NCBI GenBank assembly: GCA_035536575.1
Contig: DATLNW010000014.1
Location: 1 to 37,915 of the forward strand
Source of the DNA: Lysobacterales bacterium
Lineage (GTDB): Bacteria > Patescibacteriota > Microgenomatia > Levybacterales > UBA12049
Direction: 5' to 3'
DNA length: 37,915 nucleotides
The position numbers and the translations under genes were made by a program. Positions 16,968-22,850 of the stretch are shown here, piece after piece (the first letter of the stretch is position 1; each line of letters starts with the position of its first letter). The notes beneath the pieces are model-generated. The model did no database searches. It was given only the letters and a program-made list of their open reading frames with translations, and had not been told where the DNA came from.

Positions 16968-17372
16968 ATGGCAAAAGCAGCAGCAAAAACAACAACAAAG
17001 GCCAAGAAAAAAGCAGTAAACAACGTTACTGATCACGGACGTGTTTATGTGACATCAACTTTTAATAATACCCTTATCACAGTTACAAATGATAAAGGGG
17101 ATACTCTTGGCTGGAGTTCTTCAGGACACAAAGGATTTAAGGGAGCTCGGAAATCTACTCCATATGCAGCAACGGTTGCAGCAGAAGATGTCGTCAAAAG
17201 AATTATTGAAAAAGGCTTGAAGTCTGCTGACATATTTATAAAAGGACCAGGCAACGGGCGGGAATCATCACTTCGCGGAATTAAAACATCAGGACTTATG
17301 ATCAGTTCAATCTCAGATATAACACCAATGCCGCATAACGGACCAAGAGCGAAGAAAAAACGGAGAGTATAA
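16968..17372 (+). CDS. rpsK: 30S ribosomal protein S11
   Basis: FNNTLITVTNDKGDTLGWSS, GPGNGRES motifs. Confidence 0.97.
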   Translation: MAKAAAKTTTKAKKKAVNNVTDHGRVYVTSTFNNTLITVTNDKGDTLGWSSSGHKGFKGARKSTPYAATVAAEDVVKRIIEKGLKSADIFIKGPGNGRESSLRGIKTSGLMISSISDITPMPHNGPRAKKKRRV

Positions 17373-17374
17373 GG

Positions 17375-17475
17375 ATATGCGAATTACTACGAATTGCATT
17401 CGAATTTAATGCAAATTTTAATAAATATTCGCATGAGATTAGCATATAATTAGTAGCAATTAGCATTACATTTTA
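17375..17475. repeat. family C hairpin, copy C3
   Basis: ATATGCGAATT ACTACGAATT GCATTCGAATT TAATGCAAATT / ATATTCGCAT GAGATTAGCAT ATAATTAGTA GCAATTAGCAT. Confidence 0.8.
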
Positions 17476-17478
17476 ATT

Positions 17479-18084
17479 ATGGCAAGATATACAGGACCAA
17501 AACATAAATTAGCAAGACGCGAGGGGATAAATATCCTTGAGAAAACGTCTGCTTCTCTGATGCGAAGACTTAACACACCTCCTGGCGTGCATGGAAAAAA
17601 GGCAGGCAGACGCAGGCCTTCTGAGTTTGGAACACAGCTTCGTGAAAAACAAAAGGCAAAAGTAATGTATGGACTATTTGAGAGGCAATTTAAGCAAATG
17701 GTCCAGACTGTTTCGGCTCAAAAAGGGGATACCGAAGAACTATTGCTTTCACTTCTTGAGAGAAGACTTGATAATATTGTCTATAGGCTTGGTTTTTCAA
17801 AATCCAGAATGATGGCACGCCAAATTGTAGTTCATGGACATGTAATGGTAAACGGTAAAAAAATGAGCATACCCTCGTATACTGTTAAAGAAGGGGATGT
17901 CATCACGATAAGTGAGGCTATGATGAAAAATCCTGATATCATAAAACTCCTTGCTGAGAAAACAGAAACAATAGATTTCTTGGATAAGAAAGGGCCTGCG
18001 GGAAAGCTTAAAAGAATGCCCAGACCTGATGACATCATGCCGCCATTTAGTACACGACAAATCATTGAATATTACTCTAGATAA
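17479..18084 (+). CDS. rpsD: 30S ribosomal protein S4
   Basis: MARYTGPK start; S4 domain RLDNIVYRLGF. Confidence 0.97.
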   Translation: MARYTGPKHKLARREGINILEKTSASLMRRLNTPPGVHGKKAGRRRPSEFGTQLREKQKAKVMYGLFERQFKQMVQTVSAQKGDTEELLLSLLERRLDNIVYRLGFSKSRMMARQIVVHGHVMVNGKKMSIPSYTVKEGDVITISEAMMKNPDIIKLLAEKTETIDFLDKKGPAGKLKRMPRPDDIMPPFSTRQIIEYYSR

Positions 18085-18101
18085 TGCTATAATAGGTTCT
18101 T

Positions 18102-19028
18102 ATGGACGAATACATTTTTAAAGTTAAAGAAATTGAATCAACCCCAGACTACGGGGAATTTGCCATTGAACCACTTGAGCCTGGTTATGGGCACACAATG
18201 GGAAATAGTCTGAGACGCGTTCTCTACACAACAATCCCAGGATCTGCTGTGACACAAGTACGAATTACCAATGTAAAGCACAAATTCTCAACTCTTCCCG
18301 GACTTAAAGAAAACATAATCGATCTTCTTCTAAATATCAAAGAGCTTAATTTCCGCTTAGTCGGAGCCAAAACAAGTGAGACTGTAAAGCTTTCCGTAAA
18401 AGGCACCAAGAGAATAACAGCAAAAGACGTTGAGTTGACAGAAGGTGTTGAAGTAGTTAATAAAGATCAATATATAGGCTCACTCTCAGGGGATAAGTCC
18501 AAACTCGAAATGGAGCTTACAATTGAGAAGGGATATGGCTACTCACTTTCTGAGGAAAGAAAAGCAGCAGCGCTTGGAACAATAACCATTGATGCTGTAT
18601 ATACTCCCATAAGAAGAGTTACATACACAGTAGCAGCAACACGTGTCGGACGTCGAACTGACTTGGATAAGCTGATTCTTAAGATTTGGACCAATGGAAC
18701 AGTATCCCCAGCTGATGCTCTCAGTAACGCTTCAAAGATCTTAGCCTCTCACTTCACTCAAATTTATGAACCAAAGGCACAGCCAGTCGTACCAGAAGGC
18801 GTTGTCTCTACCTCATCAATCTCACAAAGTACGCTTAAAACAACAATTGATGAGCTTGATCTTCCGACAAGAATATATAACAGTCTGAGAAACGGTGGAG
18901 TTGAGACAATTGAGCAATTACTTGCCGTTCCACGTAAGGATTTGGTCAGTATGCGTAATATGGGTGGAAAATCCATTTCAGTAATTGAGGAAAAATTGCA
19001 GGAAAAGGGAATATCACTAACTGCCTAA
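18102..19028 (+). CDS. rpoA: DNA-directed RNA polymerase alpha subunit
   Basis: GHTMGNSLRRVL motif; C-terminal LDLPTRIYNSLRNGGVETIEQL HhH. Confidence 0.96.
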   Translation: MDEYIFKVKEIESTPDYGEFAIEPLEPGYGHTMGNSLRRVLYTTIPGSAVTQVRITNVKHKFSTLPGLKENIIDLLLNIKELNFRLVGAKTSETVKLSVKGTKRITAKDVELTEGVEVVNKDQYIGSLSGDKSKLEMELTIEKGYGYSLSEERKAAALGTITIDAVYTPIRRVTYTVAATRVGRRTDLDKLILKIWTNGTVSPADALSNASKILASHFTQIYEPKAQPVVPEGVVSTSSISQSTLKTTIDELDLPTRIYNSLRNGGVETIEQLLAVPRKDLVSMRNMGGKSISVIEEKLQEKGISLTA

Positions 19029-19034
19029 CAGATT

Positions 19035-19156
19035 AAATCCGAAATTAGAATATCGAAACTCGAAACAAATACAAAATTCTCAAATTCAAAACGTTTTAGA
19101 AATTCGGATTTTGAACATTTGGGATTGTTTCGGATTTCGGACTTCGATATTCGGAT
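19035..19156 (+). repeat. family D heptad hairpin, copy D1 (upstream of rplQ)
   Basis: AAATCCG AAATTAG AATATCG AAACTCG AAACAAA ... GGATTGT TTCGGAT TTCGGAC TTCGATA TTCGGAT. Confidence 0.85.
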
Positions 19157-19168
19157 TTTTTTATTTCT

Positions 19169-19750
19169 ATGAGAAAACAAGTATTTGGAAGACAATTTAA
19201 AAGAGATGCAAATGAAAGAAAAGCAATGTTTAAGAACTTGCTTACTTCTCTTGTTCTTGAAGAAAGGATCAGTACAACTATTGCCAAAGCCAAGGCTATA
19301 AAAAGTGCTGCCGATAAGCTTGTTACTACAGCAAAAAAGGCCCATTCGGCAAGCTCAGGGCAAGGTGGAGATCTTGCCTACAAAGGCCTGCATCCGAGCG
19401 TCAACCAGGACGCTGTTATGAAAATGATATCAGATATCGCGCCACGTTTTGCAACAAGGCAAGGTGGCTATACTAGAGTTATAAAATTGGGCAAAAGGCG
19501 TGTTGCGGATAATGCGCCGATGGCAATTATTGAGTGGACGGAACAGAGTACGGAATTAAGAATTAAGAATTCAGAATTAGGAAAGACTGCTAAGAAAAAG
19601 AAGCCGACAAAAGCAAAAAAGATAGTAAAAGCGCCAAAGGTAGTAACCGCAGAAGCGCCCAAACCAGTTATTGGTAAAAAGGTGGAGGAAAAAGTCCAAA
19701 AGCTAGGAATTTTCAAAAGATTGATAACAAGACAGAAGAAAGGACAATAG
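19169..19750 (+). CDS. rplQ: 50S ribosomal protein L17 with about 65-aa K-rich tail
   Basis: GRQFKRDANERKAMFKNL, GGYTRVIKLGKRRVADNAPMA motifs. Confidence 0.95.
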   Translation: MRKQVFGRQFKRDANERKAMFKNLLTSLVLEERISTTIAKAKAIKSAADKLVTTAKKAHSASSGQGGDLAYKGLHPSVNQDAVMKMISDIAPRFATRQGGYTRVIKLGKRRVADNAPMAIIEWTEQSTELRIKNSELGKTAKKKKPTKAKKIVKAPKVVTAEAPKPVIGKKVEEKVQKLGIFKRLITRQKKGQ

Positions 19751-19752
19751 CC

Positions 19753-19817
19753 AGGGATTAGTGGTTAGGGCTTAGTGATTAGTACTAACCCCTAAAACCT
19801 AAAACCTAAGAACTAAA
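19753..19817. repeat. family A heptad hairpin, copy A4
   Basis: AGGGATTAGTGGTTAGGGCTTAGTGATTAGTACTAACCCCTAAAACCTAAAACCTAAGAACTAA. Confidence 0.85.
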
Positions 19818-19820
19818 TTT

Positions 19821-20255
19821 ATGGATCAAGCAAGCATTACAGCGACAACAAAAATATCAGACATTAAAAGAGTCTGGCACATGATAGATGTTAAGGATAT
19901 GGTCTTAGGACGTATCTCAACTGATATCGCACATCACCTGATGGGGAAGGGAAAGCCCAATTTCGTTCGCAATCTTGATTGTGGAGATTATGTTGTCGTG
20001 ATAAACGCAAAAGAGGTAAAAGTGACCGGGAAAAAAGAAGATCAGAAGAATTATTACAGACATTCAGGCTATCCGGGTGGGTTCAGACAGGAAACTCTCA
20101 AGGAATTAAGAGGCAGAAAGCCTGAGCAGATAATAACCCATGCAGTCAAAGGCATGCTTCCTCAGAACAAATTGAGAGACAGAATGCTAAAGCGCTTATA
20201 TGTATTTGCAGGCAGCGAGCATAAGTACAGTGACAAAATCAAAAATCAAAAATAA
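19821..20255 (+). CDS. rplM: 50S ribosomal protein L13
   Basis: WHMIDVKDMVLGRISTDIAHHLMGK, YYRHSGYPGG motifs. Confidence 0.97.
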   Translation: MDQASITATTKISDIKRVWHMIDVKDMVLGRISTDIAHHLMGKGKPNFVRNLDCGDYVVVINAKEVKVTGKKEDQKNYYRHSGYPGGFRQETLKELRGRKPEQIITHAVKGMLPQNKLRDRMLKRLYVFAGSEHKYSDKIKNQK

Positions 20256-20298
20256 AAAATCAAAAATATTTGATATTTAATTTTTAATATTTGATCTA
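20234..20298. repeat. family B-like heptad hairpin, copy B4 (left arm overlaps the rplM stop)
   Basis: CAAAATC AAAAATC AAAAATA AAAAATC AAAAATA / TTTGATA TTTAATT TTTAATA TTTGATC. Confidence 0.75.
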
Positions 20299-20306
20299 AT
20301 TACCAT

Positions 20307-20795
20307 ATGGCAGACGAAGTACAACAACCAAAGATAAATAAACAAAGTAAATCTCAAAAACGAGACTATGTTTCAGCCGTTGGAAGACGCAAGGAAGCGG
20401 TTGCGCGTGTCCGGATTTATGAACACGTAAAGGCTGATGCAAAATGGGCTCAGGAGCCTATAAAAAAGGGAGAGATTCTGGTCAATGAGAAGCCAATTGC
20501 CGCTTATTTTCCAAGTGAGATTGAAAGGAAGCTTTATACAGAGCCACTCAGGCTTACAAATACCCACCAAAATAATTATGCAATCACCATTCGGGTAACC
20601 GGTGGAGGACACTCAGGACAGCTGGACGCGACAATTGCAGCCATTGCAAATGCGTTAAATAAGCTGGACCGTGAGAAGCACCGCCCGATCCTTAAGAAAA
20701 AAGGCTTATTGACCCGCGACTCACGTATCAGACAGAGAAGAAAAGTAGGAATGGGTGGAAAATCCAGAAGAAAGCTCCAATCCCCAAAGAGATAG
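20307..20795 (+). CDS. rpsI: 30S ribosomal protein S9 (N-terminal extension)
   Basis: GRRKEAVARVRI, GGGHSGQLDA, C-terminal RRKLQSPKR. Confidence 0.96.
   Translation: MADEVQQPKINKQSKSQKRDYVSAVGRRKEAVARVRIYEHVKADAKWAQEPIKKGEILVNEKPIAAYFPSEIERKLYTEPLRLTNTHQNNYAITIRVTGGGHSGQLDATIAAIANALNKLDREKHRPILKKKGLLTRDSRIRQRRKVGMGGKSRRKLQSPKR
20766..20792 (+). repeat. direct repeat copy 1: last 9 codons of rpsI
   Basis: AGA AGA AAG CTC CAA TCC CCA AAG AGA (RRKLQSPKR). Confidence 0.85.
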
Positions 20796-20816
20796 GATTA
20801 ACAGTTAGTTATTTGG

Positions 20817-21086
20817 CTACTTATATAACTCATTGTGGGTTCCCAGTTTTAGGAAGTAGGCAACTGTTTTGCTTTCTTCAGTTATTTCTTTGTAAATTGC
20901 TCTCACGTCAGCAGTTATATCAATACTTTTTAGGCCTTCGTATTCGCGCTTAAGGTCATGGTTATTGAGTGAGGGTTCAAAAGGATTTTCTCCAAACAGT
21001 TTTATTTTTTGTCTAAAGTTTTTGCGGATTATTACATGAGCTTGCTTTAGTTTTTTAATAAAACCAGGGCTATATTTTGTTTTCAT
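20817..21086 (-). CDS. RelE/ParE-superfamily toxin
   Basis: 89 aa; HDLKREYEGLKSIDI..DVRAIY...GTHNELY pattern; ATGA overlap with the upstream antitoxin. Confidence 0.75.
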   Translation of the reverse strand: MKTKYSPGFIKKLKQAHVIIRKNFRQKIKLFGENPFEPSLNNHDLKREYEGLKSIDITADVRAIYKEITEESKTVAYFLKLGTHNELYK

Positions 21087-21358
21087 ACTCCCTGTTTCTC
21101 AAGCCACGCGATTGCATCTTCAGCATTGTCAAAAGTGGGAGATGCTTTCCCCAGTTTATAATCATTCATTGCCTTTTTTATATCCAAGAGAGTTTTTTTA
21201 TTAAGTTTTTCATCAGGGTGAAAAGTGATTTGCTTTGTTTTGATGATCTGTTTGAAATATGAGTCAACGATCGCGCTAAGACTTAAGCCGAACTTTTCCG
21301 CAATAAGTTGGACTTTTTCTTTTAGCTCAGATTGGACTTTTATGGAAGTGCTACTCAT
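21083..21358 (-). CDS. RHH/RelB-DinJ-like antitoxin (start ATG 21358 preferred over the TTG at 21394)
   Basis: SIKVQSELKEKVQLIAEKFGLSLSAIV ribbon-helix-helix-like N-terminus; paired with the toxin. Confidence 0.7.
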   Translation of the reverse strand: MSSTSIKVQSELKEKVQLIAEKFGLSLSAIVDSYFKQIIKTKQITFHPDEKLNKKTLLDIKKAMNDYKLGKASPTFDNAEDAIAWLEKQGV

Positions 21359-21365
21359 TAATATG

Positions 21366-21394
21366 ATTATATAAGCAACCTGAGATTCCGTCAA
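21366..21394 (-). promoter_or_regulatory. near-consensus promoter of the TA operon
   Basis: TTGACG-17 nt-TATAAT, then 7 nt to ATG 21358. Confidence 0.65.
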
Positions 21395-21418
21395 GGTTTC
21401 GTGTTGATTTTTTCATTG

Positions 21419-21445
21419 CGCAGAAAACTCCAGTCACCAAAGAGA
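21419..21445 (+). repeat. direct repeat copy 2: relic of an rpsI 3' end
   Basis: CGC AGA AAA CTC CAG TCA CCA AAG AGA also reads RRKLQSPKR; 22/27 nt identical and all differences synonymous. Confidence 0.8.
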
Positions 21446-21452
21446 GAAAGAA

Positions 21453-22787
21453 TTATCTTTTGCCTGACGCCATCATTTGAGTTCCCCCAACCAACGCAGC
21501 AGCAGGTATTGCCAGAGCACCTATTAAGATTGCCAGTAAGATACCTCCGGTTATTTTCCCGCCGCTTTTCATCTTATCCCATGCAGCCCTATGCCCAGGG
21601 GGAATATTTTTATCCAAAATAGAGATCAGTTTGTCCTGGTCCATATTTGGGCCAAGAATCTTGTCTATATTTTCCATTTTTGCAAATTTGGCGGTAAGTA
21701 CGTCATTACCTAGAATCGCACCCAACCCTTGTTCTTGAAGAGATTTGAATTCTTCAATAGTAACTCCAGCTGCTGCAAGTTGCGGCTTCAGGCTTTCAAT
21801 CTCAGTATTAGCTGCTTCAGTTAGTTGGCCAATTAGCTCAGCTAATCCTTCCACGTTGTGTGCTTCTAAGCTTCTCAGAGCTGAAGCAGTAGCCCAATTG
21901 CCAATTTCGCCTCCAGCAAGTCCCTGGGCAATACGTAGCTGCGCAAGCAACAGCTTAGTTTCGGCTGGAGCTTTATCGCCATGTTCGTTTATTTCAAACT
22001 GCAATCTTACAGCATGTTCTTCAAGTACCCTCGCGGCTATATTTCTGGGATCTTTATCCCGCGCTTCATCTTGGTCTATCTTTGCATTTAAAGCTGTTAT
22101 TTCACCAGCTGATAGAGGTGGTGCTTCGTTCGCGCCTTGTGCGCTCCAGGCAATAAGCCTGCTTTCCGGTGTGTCTTTACCATCTGCTTTGAATAAGCCA
22201 GCAATCTCCTCTGCATGGGTGGAAAGTTGTGCATTAGCAAGAACTTCTCCGGAAAGCGAATCAATTGTTACATCCTCTGGGGGATCATCTATAGTTTTAC
22301 CCTCGGCTTTAAAGTTCACACCGGTAGTATCAGCATCTGTAGGCTTGCTTAGCGAGTCTATTCTTACTATTTTTCCATCGGGTCTTGTGATTTCCAAACC
22401 TCCTTCAACAGGTATTTTCCCTCCAAAGCCCGCATATGTTTCAGGGGGAAAGCCATGCCTGTAGTTATTTTCAAGTAGGAGCTGGGCTTCGCTTCTGGAT
22501 GGAGCTTTACCTCCTCTGACCTCTCTAGTTATTTCAGTAAATCTTCTGTCTATTGACCTTCGTGCAAGACCTCTTGCACTCTCGGAAAATTCAGCATTTT
22601 CTCTAGCTTTGGCATCTTCGCCTGATCCAGCGTCTGTATCATCCCCATCTTTATCTTCGGGTTCATCAGGTCCAGGTTTAGACTCTGCTGATGGAGGTTG
22701 GGGTCCGGTATCGTCGGGTCCGGATCTTGCATTATGAGCCTCTGCGGCTGCAATCTCTTCAGCTGGTGCTGAAATTTCATCGCTCAT
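21453..22787 (-). CDS. hypothetical protein, acidic/Pro-rich N-terminus, single C-terminal TM (tail-anchor-like)
   Basis: long ORF; C-terminal GGILLAILIGALAIPAAALVGG; ATG 22787 preferred over the TTG at 22796. Confidence 0.8.
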   Translation of the reverse strand: MSDEISAPAEEIAAAEAHNARSGPDDTGPQPPSAESKPGPDEPEDKDGDDTDAGSGEDAKARENAEFSESARGLARRSIDRRFTEITREVRGGKAPSRSEAQLLLENNYRHGFPPETYAGFGGKIPVEGGLEITRPDGKIVRIDSLSKPTDADTTGVNFKAEGKTIDDPPEDVTIDSLSGEVLANAQLSTHAEEIAGLFKADGKDTPESRLIAWSAQGANEAPPLSAGEITALNAKIDQDEARDKDPRNIAARVLEEHAVRLQFEINEHGDKAPAETKLLLAQLRIAQGLAGGEIGNWATASALRSLEAHNVEGLAELIGQLTEAANTEIESLKPQLAAAGVTIEEFKSLQEQGLGAILGNDVLTAKFAKMENIDKILGPNMDQDKLISILDKNIPPGHRAAWDKMKSGGKITGGILLAILIGALAIPAAALVGGTQMMASGKR

Positions 22788-22795
22788 ATTGTTCA

Positions 22796-22836
22796 ATCAT
22801 ACTTGATATTTATTACAGGTACAAGTACTATAGAAT
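22796..22836. promoter_or_regulatory. overlapping divergent promoters
   Basis: minus strand: TTGTAC(22824-22819)-17-TATGAT(22801-22796)-8-ATG; plus strand: TTGATA(22803-22808)-17-TACTAT(22826-22831), AAGGAG 22838-22843. Confidence 0.45.
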
Positions 22837-22850
22837 TAAGGAGTATTATT

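Noticed and set aside
21401-21622. 73-aa plus-strand ORF starting with GTG.
   Set aside because: Only codons 7-15 are meaningful (the S9 tail relic). The rest is antisense to the 3' end of the 445-aa gene.
21745-22464. 239-aa Ser/Ala-rich plus-strand ORF, together with the 22793-23158 minus-strand ORF.
   Set aside because: They are antisense to long, better-supported ORFs in a G+C-richer segment. Their low-complexity composition is typical of antisense frames.
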